Below, in pieces: positions 42,522 through 53,564 of a stretch of DNA of 64,000 nt (positions are counted from its first letter, which is position 1; the number at the start of each line of letters is the position of its first letter). The position numbers were made by a program, and so were the translations under genes. The notes beneath the pieces were generated by a model. The model was not told where the DNA came from. It saw only the letters and a list, made by a program, of their open reading frames with translations, and ran no database searches. Source of the DNA: a bacterium (lineage in GTDB: Bacteria > Electryoneota > JAOADG01); contig OY820579.1 of NCBI GenBank assembly GCA_963681965.1, positions 2,656,001 through 2,720,000 on the forward strand. Direction: 5' to 3'.

Positions 42522-43209
42522 AACTTCAGTTCTGATCATTGAAGATGAAGCTCCTGTTCGGCGGTTTGTCCGGTCAGCTTTAATCGGAATGGACTTTGCT
42601 GTACTTGAGGCAGAAACTGGTCGCGAAGGCATCAATCTGATCATTTCCCATCGTCCGGATGTCGTGATTCTCGATCTAGGTCTTCCCGACATGGATGGAA
42701 TGGCTGTGATAAGAGAGGTAAGGGATTGGTCGCAAATACCAATCGTAATCCTTTCTGCCCGCGGTCAGGAAAAAGACAAAGTAACTGCATTGGATCACGG
42801 CGCTGACGACTATGTAACTAAGCCCTTCAGTGTCAATGAATTGATTTCGCGAATAAAGGTCGCAATCCGACATTCAGTTCGCGTCTCGTCAAATGAACCT
42901 ATATCCGAAACAAAGATTGTATCAGGAAATTTAACCATCGACTTGGAAGCACACCGTGTCTTTCGGAATGAAATCGAAATACACTTAACCAATATCGAAT
43001 ACCGGTTACTTGCGGCACTTGCTCGAAATCAAGGGAAAATCCTCACTCACCGGCAAATAATGAGGGATGTTTGGGACAAACATTCTTATGACGAGCAACA
43101 TGCATTGCGCGTTTATGTGGGAGCGCTTCGAAGAAAGATTGAACCAAATCCTGCATTGCCGGTTTTCATTATTACTGAGCAAGGAGTTGGTTATCGATTG
43201 TCCGATTGA
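42511..43209 (+). CDS. kdpE: Response regulator KdpE (OmpR family)
   Basis: LDLGLPDMDG, GADDYVTKPF and LRRKIEPNPALPVFIITEQGVGYR; follows kdpD. Confidence 0.96.
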   Translation: MMSKTSVLIIEDEAPVRRFVRSALIGMDFAVLEAETGREGINLIISHRPDVVILDLGLPDMDGMAVIREVRDWSQIPIVILSARGQEKDKVTALDHGADDYVTKPFSVNELISRIKVAIRHSVRVSSNEPISETKIVSGNLTIDLEAHRVFRNEIEIHLTNIEYRLLAALARNQGKILTHRQIMRDVWDKHSYDEQHALRVYVGALRRKIEPNPALPVFIITEQGVGYRLSD

Positions 43210-43477
43210 ATTTTGTGACGAAGAATTATTATGTAAAAAAACGAGAATCGAAGAGTTACTAAAAATTATTATCGATGAAATTGAAATGGATTGATGCAAC
43301 TAGATGAATTATAATTTGGTGCGAAGTAATCTATCTGTGCAAAACAACATAGTGAACGTAATGCAAAGTACCTTTCCTGCATTAATGTTATTGATCGCAA
43401 CGATATTATCGAGTACTATCCACCTAGCTTATTCCGTAAAATATTTATATTGATTATAAAAATATATTGGGCAATAG

Positions 43478-43522
43478 AAAACCCCGTCATTACCCGGCGA
43501 ACCGTGATAATGACGGGGTTTT
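43478..43522. terminator. Intrinsic terminator, potentially bidirectional, between the convergent kdp operon and the giant secreted-protein gene
   Basis: AAAACCCCGTCATTA … TAATGACGGGGTTTT, 13 bp past the stop of the minus-strand gene. Confidence 0.85.
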
Positions 43523-43535
43523 ACGAATTGTGTTC

Positions 43536-46500
43536 TTACTTCAGCAAAACAACTTTCCGCTCCGTGGAAAAATGTCGACTTGATATCCGAAGGATGTATG
43601 TTCCGCTGGCTAATTGTCGACCATCGACTGCAATGTATCTGGCTTGTGATGTCAAATTTCCAGTAAACAATGTTTGAACCAATTGACCTGTTACAGAATA
43701 CAAAGCAACTTTCGCCTCACCTGCTTCCCGCAATTGCACTTTCACAGTCATTGTCGCATTAAATGGATTCGGATACGATTTTAGGAATGCGAATCCATTC
43801 GGCATTTCTGGATCGGTGTAGTGAGTATTGATTGACAATACTCGCAATACCGTTTGAATTCCCTCCAGACTTATTTCCGATAATCGGTACTGATATCGTT
43901 GATTGTAAACAATTCGGTTATCATTCCAACGGTATGTCAATTGCGTCGAACTGTTGCCATTTTGGGTGGTGATTCTGGCTATAGTTTCGTATTGTGTCGA
44001 ATCGGTCCGTCGTTCGATCAGAAATCCATTATTGTTCACTTCGGATTCAGTAATCCATAAAAGATTCACTCCAGTTGAAGATACATTTGCCGAAAACGAA
44101 GATAAATTAACTGGAAGAACACCACTATTTCCCAGCGTCCAGGTTGAGAAGTGATCGAGATGTTCAATCGTAAATTCCCATACACCTGGTGCCACTAGGA
44201 CTCGTCGCGTTGCAGGAACAAAATGCCAGGTATTACCGCCATCCAGTGAATATCCGGCATTAATTGGTGGCATTGCAGTCAATGGATCACCAATCCCACT
44301 CGGTAAATCCGCTGATGTGAATCGCAAGGTCAATGTCGCATCGGTGAATTGTTCCGACGAAGGGGTGATCTCCCACGTTCGACTTATGGTGTTTTCCGGC
44401 GGCGTCTGCAATGGATTTAAAGTCGGAGCAGAATAAACCACATTAACTGTTACCGATCCGGGATTACCATTGGAACCGGTTTGAGTTGGAAATACGATCT
44501 CAACTGGAGGTTGTCCACCAGTCGAGGGATCGGGTGGTGTTATCATAACAAATGGATGTTGACTTAAATCCGGATTCGGACTAGTTATTATCGGTGCGAT
44601 TGAATGGAGCGATAACTGCGCGCTCAAGATTCGCAGCGAATCACCAGCTCGTAAGTCAATTGCCCGAAATTTCCAAACACCGTTCGCTGGTTTTCCTACA
44701 AGCCTCGCAAAAGTGCAATAGGGTTTCCAAGTCCCAGTGAATGGGGGAGTAGCGGTAAGGATCGAGGAATCGGCGCTAGCTTTGAAAATCACGTCAGTAA
44801 AATTATCTCCGCTGCCGCCGCTTCTTGCAATGAGAGTATCGGTCGTTCCGTCCGGTGCGACCAGTGTGAACACAACATCACCAGTATAAGAATGAGAGGC
44901 ACTCAAGAAAAACTCAACATTCGAAACAACTTGAAATGATCCCAGATTCACATTGATTGGAATGGAAATTGTGTCCAGATCGACATATCGGCTTGGCAAC
45001 AAACCTGACGCTGGGGAATACACGGTTGAATTCGTTGTCCATGCCAAAGTCGATTGTGTCGCTACTGAGGAATACAATGAACGGATATTATTGGAATTTC
45101 GTGCTACCACATCGAATGAATAGCTGGTAGATGGGGATAATGCCAACACTGTTTTGGGACAATTCCAGGCAATTAATGTCTGCCAGACAGTATCAGTGCC
45201 CATTGTTCCAAGTGCTGTCAGGAAATGGTTGCCATTCACCCGAACTGCATATTGAGTCGAACTGGAATTTGGCGTTGAGAGATTATTCAGGATCGACAAA
45301 AATACTGTATTCGCCGTTGCGGCAGATACAAGCGGTTGAGCTGGAACCGCTGCCAAAGTTGTAAACGACAAGGATGCATAAGTTGTAGAGTAGACATAAG
45401 AATTCAACTCGTCGGTTGATTGATTTGGTTTTGCCGAAGCTCCGCTCTGAACGACCGATTTATGCCGTGTGCTGGTACTTTTCAGTGATTTCTCGAAGGA
45501 TTGATTGCCATCCGGTTGATCAGTTGAATCACCGTTGCCTAGATATCCACTGCTTAACAGTGTCGTAGCACTAGCCGCCGAATAGATCCGGATGTAATAA
45601 GTCTGATTAGGTATGAGGTTATTGATAACAGCATTATAGACGCTGCCTTGTTCTGCACTCGACGATGAAACAACTTGTACAATGGGTGTAGCGGTAGTAG
45701 GATCGAAGTTAGCAGCAAACGATGTCGGGGAAACGAAAATATGAAAGTAATCTTCGCTAATGGAACCATCGACCCAATCGAGTTGTACCGAAGTGGTCGC
45801 AACGTTCGATGCAACCAGTGTCGTGGGACTACCGGTGATACTTTCGAAAGTACCCTCATCGGCTCCGATATCGGGATTGCTGCTGTTTCTGGTTTCGCCA
45901 TCGATATCGACCGTTACACCAGTGATCAGCGTTCCATGATTACTTACCGGAGAATCGCTGAATTGAGTAACATGGAGATTTTGTGGATCGATCGTACTCA
46001 CGAGTTTTGGATTGGCTTGGATTGAGTGAAGATCGTGCGCAGGCGTAAATGCCGATTGCCAATCCGATAAATTCGTTTTCATCGTATTGCCAAACCGTCC
46101 GACACTACCGTTGGTGTTCGGCGAGTAGTAGAGGTTGTAATCGGAAACAAGTGTGGTTACATCCGAATAGATTGCCGCATGAACAGAAGACGATTGCGTC
46201 GCCGATGCATTCACGAAAATATTGTTCCGAACGGTATCAACCGAGGATTGAACCGAGAGACAGCGCGAGCTGTAAAGTGAACCGGAGCTGTTTAGATAGT
46301 CGGTTTTCAAGTAGACTGTGTTGTGGGCAAATAAACCAACAGCACTACTCGCAACAATTCCCCCTACATAATAACTCGACGACGACAGTGGGCTGGTGGA
46401 GGTCGATTTCGCCGCCAGATCATAGATCATATTGTTCGTGACGATTGCGCGAAAACTGGCACTGCTAGCATTCATGTGGATGCCGTATACAAATGCCGGT

Positions 46501-49500
46501 TGTTGATTGGGTGAGACCGATTTGATATTGTTGATGCGGCATCTCGTGACAGTAGTCGCTCCATAGCCGTAGACACTGCGAATCGCGTAAGCGTTGTTGG
46601 TGCTGCCACGAACAATCATATTGCGAACATCGACATCGTGAATGTTAAGCCCTTCCTGCTCGTAGGAATAAATACCGTAACACGTTCCCAACGCGTTTCC
46701 GATGGAATCGGCTACGGTCGGCCCACCAATCTGGAAGCGGTTGACATAATCGAGACCGGTTGTAGTGCTACCGATTTCGTTGCCAATATCTCGATAATTT
46801 AAACTGCTGTTGTCGGGCGAGAGCTGAATGCCATTTCCCGCCTGCGTGATTTTTAGGTTCAAGTATTTATTATAGCTGTTCGACAAGGATTGCGAATTTA
46901 TTGCGACAGAGTAACTGGTATAGATACCGGAAGATGCTTTACCTGCCCTTAATGTAATCTTGGCATTCTGAATCGTGTTGTAGATCGCACCGGCGGTGGA
47001 GGTATTGGTCAACCAATAACCATATTCGCAGAAATCGGTGCCAGTACTCTGATCGACGATATCGATTCCATCGAAGGTCACGTACTTGGATGCAACCAAT
47101 TTCACTGCCGCTTCTACACTTGAGGTTACCGGTGGAACGATGGTTACCGATCCACTCTCCTTACGGAAAATAATCGGTTTGGCAGCAGTGGATAGGGTTG
47201 TGTTCACCACAACTGCTTCGTTAAACACACCCGGACGGACCGACACTACCACTCCTCCGGTACTCAGCGGTAGATTACAAAGCGCGGTGTTTGCCTCGGC
47301 AAACGTCGTGAAGTTGGGATTGCTACCACCCAATGTAAGCGTGCCCGACAAGTAACTCGGTGCTCCGGTAAAATGAATTTTATAGGTGGTATCGTTCAAG
47401 TCCTGACTCGTGATGGTAACAGAATCCGTCTTCGTACCCCAGGTCTTCGGGTAAAATCGGACGATGAAATGCGCGGAGTCGTTTGCTGCAATCGTCGTGG
47501 GAAGCGAATCGACAAATGTGTAGGATGACGCTAACGTCGTGAATGCGAGTGTTGAAGAACAATTTCCAGTGTTAACAATGGTAAATGTTCTATCGAGATT
47601 CGTGTAGGGTGATACTGTACCATAGTCGCTGGTTCCATCGTTGACTACTTGTCGAACCGTGATATTCGGCATCAATCCGGTACCTGTCAGTTTAACGACA
47701 TACCGACCATTGGTCTGATCTTGCGTAGTGATCACCAGCGAATCGGTATAGGTGGCGTTCAGGGTCGGCGAAAAGCTGATTCGCACTGCTATTGAATCGT
47801 TTGCTGCGACAGTTGCAGCCGGAGTTCCAACAAATGTGTAACCCGTGTGCAATGCAGCATACGACAAAGTCGAAGCGGCTGTTCCACTGTTTTTTATATA
47901 AAATTCCAATTCGCTAGCGGATCCGGGTCTGCAACTGGTGAAGGTCGCAGTACTGCGGTTAGCATAACCATTAACTGCTACGATCGGAAAATTGCTGGTA
48001 GCGATTAATCTAAATGGGGCACTGAGATGAGTAGGATCGTTTGTCGACAATTGATACGTTATTGAATGATCACCGATGCCTAGCGAAGTGAAACGTACTG
48101 TGAAGGTTGTTTGCACACCATGCTGTATTATCGTTGGAGGTGTTCCAACATATTGAAAACCTCCACTGATTGCAGGATATACAATTGAGAGTGGTGCATT
48201 TCCGGTGTTGGCAATCAATAATGACCGATCAACCGATTGGCTCTCACCGACATTTCCAAAATCTGCTTGATTATTCAGGATCATAAAATTACTTCGTCCA
48301 CCAAAAGTACCTTCATCTGCGCCGATATCCGGTGCTTGAGCATGACGTGATTGCCCGTCAATGTCGGTTGAAATCCAACTAATCGGAAATCCACAGCTTT
48401 CGATACGGGTCGGATTAGCCGTTTCAAAATAGGCTATATGAAGATCGATGGGTGATTCGGTGTTCACAAAGTAAGGAGTACCGAAAGTAGAATTCAGATC
48501 CACATTGGGACTGAAAGAAGTCTGCCAACTCGACAAACTGTTACAATCGCCAGAAGGGCTATATCCGAAATAGCCACCGCGAGCGCTATTCGATAAATAG
48601 AAATTATTGTTATCTGAAACCAATTGAGTCACCGATCTGAATAGGCAGTAGTGGCGACTTCCGTTCCCATCGGAAGAAATATTCGCGAGGATATTGTTGT
48701 AAAGCGTGTCGTACGTTAGAAATGAACCGTTTCGCATCGTAATACACGCGCTCCCAGCGAGGGTATCGCGAGCGGCATACCGATCTTGTTTGATCAGAAT
48801 GGAATTGTTCGCAAAAGTACCGGAGGCCGAATAAGCAGCAATTCCGATTGCACACATACTGGATGTGGCAGTCGAGCGTTGCGACGAGGAGACGATATCC
48901 GAAATCATATTGTTGTAAATTTTGAATACTGGAATGTTTGTTGCCGTACCATATCCATTTAAAAAGATTCCCTGCACGACCATGTTATCGGTGTTTGAGG
49001 TAATATTGCGAATTCCGGTGATCCGGTTCCGATACACCGATGCAGTTCCGAAGTAGAATTGAAGAAGTAATCCAGTGGCATTGTACGAATCGGTGGTAAC
49101 GATATTCGAGATATCGATATCATGAATGGCTAAATCTTTTTGATAGCTGGTGTAGATACCGTAACCGGTTCCCGGACCACCGACCGTATCTGTACCACCG
49201 ATGGTGAGACGGTCGGCAAAACTAAGCGAAGGATTGGTGCTGCCAACTTCATTTCCCGCATCGCTGAGTGCCTCGTCGTTGTATCCACTCAGATAGATAC
49301 CGCTGCGGCAGTTAGTAATCTTCAAATTGTAAAACTTATTGTTGCTTTGCGTGCCGAGGGTAGAGGTCGGGTTAAATGAAAAGCGCGAGTAAACACCGTT
49401 CGAAGCATACTGTCGATGCAAAGCAATACGACAATTTTGAATGGTGATGTTTTGTGCGCCATTGGTTGCAGACGCATTGGTGAGCCAATAACCATACTCG

Positions 49501-52500
49501 ATAAAGTTGCTGCCGGAGCTGTTATCGGCAACATCGATCCCATCAAACGTCACCCAGTCGGTGCCATTCAGTTTAACTGCGGCTTCCGTTGCCGAGGTCG
49601 CGACGGGAGTTAGTGTAACCGTTCCGCTCTCTTTGCGGAATACAACTGGATTCATCTGACTGCAGTTGGGGATCGTATTGAGCGCAATCATTTCTGCGTA
49701 ACTGCCGGACCGAATATTGAAGGTCACACCTCCCGAACCGACACCGATCGAATTTAAGCCGAAAATAGCATCGGTAAAGTTGGTATAATCGGGATTGGTT
49801 CCACCGATAGTTTTTGTCCCGGAGATCGGAATACCGGTACCCGTCAAATAAATTTTATAAACCGGATTATGACCATCTTGAGTTGTGATCATAAGCGAAT
49901 CGCGAACAGCACCGGAGATTAATGGCTGATACCGCATTGTAAAGGTGGTCGATCCATAGGCGGCAACTTGTGTTGGAATTGCACCAATCAACGAAAATTG
50001 CGATGATGAACTGGCAAAACTTAGTGTCGAAGCGGAACTTCCAGTATTGTTTATGGTGAATGTTTGGCTATCTACCATACCGCCGATGAGTGAGCCGAAC
50101 GCATAGGTCGAGGAATCGCTGTAACCCGAGACTTGAATGGCTATACCTTGGCATTGTGCTCGCAGGTAGATCGTGTACACGGGGGTGCGAATATCTTGCG
50201 AACTGATCCGCAAAGTGGAAGCATGCGATCCATATGAGGTCGGGTGAAAGCGTACTTTCAGTGAATCACGACCACCTGCCGCGATCGACGAAGGAGGTGT
50301 TGAAAGGAAGCTGAAGTCATTGGTCAGCGCGTCGTAGGATAAAGTCGAAGGCTGATCGCCATCATTCTGTAAGTGAACCGTTACATCGCGATTATCTAGC
50401 AGATCAGTCGTCGCGAAAATTGTCGAGTCGCTGTTGGCGACATCCGCGAAAACGTGCGAATAGTGACAATTCCCCGTTACATAAATCTTATAGACCGGGT
50501 TGTGTCCATCCTGTGTCGTAATGACGATGGAATCACTAACGACGCCATAGGTTGTCGGCGTATAACGCACGGAAAAAGTGGTCGACCCGTTGTCCGCTAC
50601 AGTAGACGGATTGGTGCCGACGAATGTGAACTGACTATGCAGCGTGGCAAATGCCAATGTCGAGCTGGCATTGCCGCTATTTTGCAAAGTGAAATTGGCA
50701 GTACCCGCCGATCCGATGTTGACATCACCAAATGAATACGTCGAGGAGTCGGTATTATCGGTTACTTGGATCGCTACGCCTTGACAGAGTGCAGACAAAT
50801 GAATTGTATAAGAAGGTGCCGCAGGATCGTTCGAAGCAACGATGAGATCGCTGGAATGCGGTCCGTACGTTGTCGGTTGAAATCGAACCGTAACGGAATC
50901 GGAACTGTTTGCACCAAGTGTGGTCGGGCGTGAACCAGTATAACTGAAACCATCCGTCAGAGTAGAATAGTTTAAAGGAGTTGCGGTATTACCTAGATTT
51001 TGCAGATGAATTACGATGTTCCGACTATCATTGATATCGGTGGTCGGGAATCTACAGGTATCCCCATTCGAATAATCCGCACGAAGAATTGACAGATTTC
51101 CGCGACCAACCATTCGGATCGTGTATAGTGGTGTTACAGGATCTTGAGAGGTAATGCGGATCGATTCGAATGCGCTATCGCCGTTTGTAGGTGTAAATCG
51201 AACGGTAAATTGAACCGATGCGTTTCGCGCGATAGAGGTTGGACAAACACCCACATACGAATATGGCCCAGTCAAGGGAGCGAATGACAATGTAGAAGCG
51301 ACTGGACCTGTATTATTCAAAGTAAACGTACGAGTTGCACTGGAATTCACATTTACATTTCCGAAATTGAACCAACTACTGTCCGGTTGACTCGTAACAT
51401 TCAAGTCCGCTTGAACGCCCCAACCCCACACACTCAATTGATAAGGGGGCTCACCGGCATTCTGATTCCCAATCGAAACCGTAGCGGTTTGGTCGACACC
51501 ACCCACAATGGGAGTGAAGCGCACGGTGATGCTTGCCGAATCGTTCAATGGAATGGAAGTAGGTAGGCTACTAACAAAGCTGAATGGAGTCGTAAGTTGT
51601 GAGAACGTTAGATTTGCCGGTCCAGAATCGCCAATATTGACGAGTTTGAACGTATGGTCGACGGGATGAAGATAGTCGGTCGTGGGAAATGAATATAGGT
51701 TACCACTACCACGTTCAGTGGTCGTTATTTTCGCGCCTCCGGTAAACGTGCCTTCGTCAAAACCGATATCGGGATGAATGGTTGAACGAGTATCACCATC
51801 GATATCATGTGTTATTTCAGGAATGGGGAGCCCAGCATTACTAACAATCGAGTGCATGTTGGTTTGAATGTGACGATTATCGGAACTCACAAAGTATGGA
51901 TTGCCACTGATCGAATGTTGTTCATAAACCGTTTGATTTTGTAATGCAGCCATCGAATAGTATTCTACATCATTACTTTTTAGAAATCTACCCCCATTCG
52001 GGATATCGTAACAGTTGTAATCAGAGAAAAAGCTGCCGTAACTAGTCGTTCCATTTGTGATTACATAACCCTCGGACAAAGTATTCGTTAAAATATTGTT
52101 ATAAATGCGGATGTGGGCATTACTTGCTCCAATGTAGATATTTGAAGCGTATCTGCCGCCGAGATAATTGTTCGCATAAATTGAATTATAACAAATTTTG
52201 AGTGTCATTCGACATGCAACACCATAGACGACGATGCCACCATGCGGTAAGTAAGCGCTAAGTTCAGGATACAACTCCAACGGCATAACAGTAGTAGGGG
52301 AGAAATTATAAATAGAATTATTATCTACGAAAACCTGCGCTGTTTCATCACCTCCGCTGAACCAAATCATTGCAATCAATTTACTACTCAATGAGTGATG
52401 GAAATTTGAGATTCGATTACGAGATATGTAATTTTCCCGTCCATAAATACTTCCGACACGTATTCCGAACAGATGTCCATCGGAAGTGCCATTCGATATT

Positions 52501-53330
52501 TCACAATCGTGAATCCGAATATTTTGCTGGTTAGTAAAATGTATTCCTCCACTAGTTGCGCCATCAACATGACCAATCCCGTAATATCGTCCCAGTCTCA
52601 ACCGGTTGATCGCGTTGATGTCTGTGGATGTAGAACCAATTTCATTGTCTTGTGATCGAAAATTTGAATTGGAACAACTCATCGAAAACAATGCGATCGC
52701 AGTACCCGCTCGATCGATGTTGCAATCCAAAATCGAATTGTAGCTATTAGCACCCTCGACACTGGTAGGAGTATATACTTCGTCAGCATAAACACCGTAG
52801 GTCGGAACACCGACTGTATTTGTACATCTGCCATTCAGGATCGAACAATTCCGGATAATATTGTATTGGCAGCCATTGGTCGGGGATACTTGGCACAACC
52901 AAATTGCATACCTGACACTAGTAAAATTAACGCCGTCCAATCCGGCAGTAATGCTAAGTGAGTCGAGCGTGATGTAGTCCGCGCCATTCAACTTAACGAT
53001 GGATAGGTTTCCATTATCGATGTATGGATATTGGATGTTGACAATCCCAGAACCGCGTAGTGTGATGCGATTGGTTGCCGATGCTCCGACCACAGCATTG
53101 ATCTGAATCGGCCAAGTCTCGTTCGAATACGTCCCGGGAGCAGCCGTGATCGTTACTGGTCCACTAACACCTTGCGTGTTCAGGGCGTTTACAGCCGCAG
53201 TAAAGTTCAGAAAATTCGTCGAACTGGCAGCCAATGATGGATCGATCGTATAGTTGCCCGAAAGTTGCGCAAACACTGCTAGCGGAAGCAGTGCAACCAT
53301 TATTACGAATAGTAGAAGATTAGGGCGCAT
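43536..53330 (-). CDS. Giant secreted protein (~3264 aa): three beta-helix modules, multiple choice-of-anchor D Ig domains, FN3, proprotein-convertase P-like domain and T9SS-type C-terminal sorting domain
   Basis: Start ATG 53330 with CAGGAG RBS and signal peptide. Three modules end DIDG..R....PDIG(F/A)DEGTF. SHSYTGDVVFTLVAPDG…ANGVWKFRAID (P-domain-like). C-terminus LPVNLSSFSA…SYPNPFNAT…LASGTYILRI…KVVLLK. Confidence 0.9.
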   Translation of the reverse strand: MRPNLLLFVIMVALLPLAVFAQLSGNYTIDPSLAASSTNFLNFTAAVNALNTQGVSGPVTITAAPGTYSNETWPIQINAVVGASATNRITLRGSGIVNIQYPYIDNGNLSIVKLNGADYITLDSLSITAGLDGVNFTSVRYAIWLCQVSPTNGCQYNIIRNCSILNGRCTNTVGVPTYGVYADEVYTPTSVEGANSYNSILDCNIDRAGTAIALFSMSCSNSNFRSQDNEIGSTSTDINAINRLRLGRYYGIGHVDGATSGGIHFTNQQNIRIHDCEISNGTSDGHLFGIRVGSIYGRENYISRNRISNFHHSLSSKLIAMIWFSGGDETAQVFVDNNSIYNFSPTTVMPLELYPELSAYLPHGGIVVYGVACRMTLKICYNSIYANNYLGGRYASNIYIGASNAHIRIYNNILTNTLSEGYVITNGTTSYGSFFSDYNCYDIPNGGRFLKSNDVEYYSMAALQNQTVYEQHSISGNPYFVSSDNRHIQTNMHSIVSNAGLPIPEITHDIDGDTRSTIHPDIGFDEGTFTGGAKITTTERGSGNLYSFPTTDYLHPVDHTFKLVNIGDSGPANLTFSQLTTPFSFVSSLPTSIPLNDSASITVRFTPIVGGVDQTATVSIGNQNAGEPPYQLSVWGWGVQADLNVTSQPDSSWFNFGNVNVNSSATRTFTLNNTGPVASTLSFAPLTGPYSYVGVCPTSIARNASVQFTVRFTPTNGDSAFESIRITSQDPVTPLYTIRMVGRGNLSILRADYSNGDTCRFPTTDINDSRNIVIHLQNLGNTATPLNYSTLTDGFSYTGSRPTTLGANSSDSVTVRFQPTTYGPHSSDLIVASNDPAAPSYTIHLSALCQGVAIQVTDNTDSSTYSFGDVNIGSAGTANFTLQNSGNASSTLAFATLHSQFTFVGTNPSTVADNGSTTFSVRYTPTTYGVVSDSIVITTQDGHNPVYKIYVTGNCHYSHVFADVANSDSTIFATTDLLDNRDVTVHLQNDGDQPSTLSYDALTNDFSFLSTPPSSIAAGGRDSLKVRFHPTSYGSHASTLRISSQDIRTPVYTIYLRAQCQGIAIQVSGYSDSSTYAFGSLIGGMVDSQTFTINNTGSSASTLSFASSSSQFSLIGAIPTQVAAYGSTTFTMRYQPLISGAVRDSLMITTQDGHNPVYKIYLTGTGIPISGTKTIGGTNPDYTNFTDAIFGLNSIGVGSGGVTFNIRSGSYAEMIALNTIPNCSQMNPVVFRKESGTVTLTPVATSATEAAVKLNGTDWVTFDGIDVADNSSGSNFIEYGYWLTNASATNGAQNITIQNCRIALHRQYASNGVYSRFSFNPTSTLGTQSNNKFYNLKITNCRSGIYLSGYNDEALSDAGNEVGSTNPSLSFADRLTIGGTDTVGGPGTGYGIYTSYQKDLAIHDIDISNIVTTDSYNATGLLLQFYFGTASVYRNRITGIRNITSNTDNMVVQGIFLNGYGTATNIPVFKIYNNMISDIVSSSQRSTATSSMCAIGIAAYSASGTFANNSILIKQDRYAARDTLAGSACITMRNGSFLTYDTLYNNILANISSDGNGSRHYCLFRSVTQLVSDNNNFYLSNSARGGYFGYSPSGDCNSLSSWQTSFSPNVDLNSTFGTPYFVNTESPIDLHIAYFETANPTRIESCGFPISWISTDIDGQSRHAQAPDIGADEGTFGGRSNFMILNNQADFGNVGESQSVDRSLLIANTGNAPLSIVYPAISGGFQYVGTPPTIIQHGVQTTFTVRFTSLGIGDHSITYQLSTNDPTHLSAPFRLIATSNFPIVAVNGYANRSTATFTSCRPGSASELEFYIKNSGTAASTLSYAALHTGYTFVGTPAATVAANDSIAVRISFSPTLNATYTDSLVITTQDQTNGRYVVKLTGTGLMPNITVRQVVNDGTSDYGTVSPYTNLDRTFTIVNTGNCSSTLAFTTLASSYTFVDSLPTTIAANDSAHFIVRFYPKTWGTKTDSVTITSQDLNDTTYKIHFTGAPSYLSGTLTLGGSNPNFTTFAEANTALCNLPLSTGGVVVSVRPGVFNEAVVVNTTLSTAAKPIIFRKESGSVTIVPPVTSSVEAAVKLVASKYVTFDGIDIVDQSTGTDFCEYGYWLTNTSTAGAIYNTIQNAKITLRAGKASSGIYTSYSVAINSQSLSNSYNKYLNLKITQAGNGIQLSPDNSSLNYRDIGNEIGSTTTGLDYVNRFQIGGPTVADSIGNALGTCYGIYSYEQEGLNIHDVDVRNMIVRGSTNNAYAIRSVYGYGATTVTRCRINNIKSVSPNQQPAFVYGIHMNASSASFRAIVTNNMIYDLAAKSTSTSPLSSSSYYVGGIVASSAVGLFAHNTVYLKTDYLNSSGSLYSSRCLSVQSSVDTVRNNIFVNASATQSSSVHAAIYSDVTTLVSDYNLYYSPNTNGSVGRFGNTMKTNLSDWQSAFTPAHDLHSIQANPKLVSTIDPQNLHVTQFSDSPVSNHGTLITGVTVDIDGETRNSSNPDIGADEGTFESITGSPTTLVASNVATTSVQLDWVDGSISEDYFHIFVSPTSFAANFDPTTATPIVQVVSSSSAEQGSVYNAVINNLIPNQTYYIRIYSAASATTLLSSGYLGNGDSTDQPDGNQSFEKSLKSTSTRHKSVVQSGASAKPNQSTDELNSYVYSTTYASLSFTTLAAVPAQPLVSAATANTVFLSILNNLSTPNSSSTQYAVRVNGNHFLTALGTMGTDTVWQTLIAWNCPKTVLALSPSTSYSFDVVARNSNNIRSLYSSVATQSTLAWTTNSTVYSPASGLLPSRYVDLDTISIPINVNLGSFQVVSNVEFFLSASHSYTGDVVFTLVAPDGTTDTLIARSGGSGDNFTDVIFKASADSSILTATPPFTGTWKPYCTFARLVGKPANGVWKFRAIDLRAGDSLRILSAQLSLHSIAPIITSPNPDLSQHPFVMITPPDPSTGGQPPVEIVFPTQTGSNGNPGSVTVNVVYSAPTLNPLQTPPENTISRTWEITPSSEQFTDATLTLRFTSADLPSGIGDPLTAMPPINAGYSLDGGNTWHFVPATRRVLVAPGVWEFTIEHLDHFSTWTLGNSGVLPVNLSSFSANVSSTGVNLLWITESEVNNNGFLIERRTDSTQYETIARITTQNGNSSTQLTYRWNDNRIVYNQRYQYRLSEISLEGIQTVLRVLSINTHYTDPEMPNGFAFLKSYPNPFNATMTVKVQLREAGEAKVALYSVTGQLVQTLFTGNLTSQARYIAVDGRQLASGTYILRISSRHFSTERKVVLLK

Positions 53331-53410
53331 AAAATAATTCTCCTGATATTTCTTGTATGATTCTAAGTGTACAGTAGAAATTTGGGGACAGATCTCTGAT
53401 AGAAGAAATT

Positions 53411-53449
53411 TTTGACAAATTTGTGCGAGTCTTTGCGCGTTTTGTGCGA
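53411..53449 (-). promoter_or_regulatory. Phased direct repeats upstream of the giant gene; candidate binding site for the adjacent AraC-output regulator
   Basis: TTTGTGCGA at 53420 and 53441 (21-bp period), with TTTGCGCG at 53432 and TTTGAC at 53411. Confidence 0.55.
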
Positions 53450-53564
53450 ACGACTCCACAAGTACTAGCAATATCTAGAGTAATATGCTATTTAAAGGGA
53501 CGATTTGAAGCGCTTTGGGTCGAAAATATGGCGATCGAGCAGAAGAAAATGAATGTACCCGATT

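Noticed and set aside
53331-53471. 47-codon N-terminal extension of the giant protein in the ORF track
   Set aside because: The RBS and signal peptide sit at ATG 53330; the extension covers the repeat-bearing leader.
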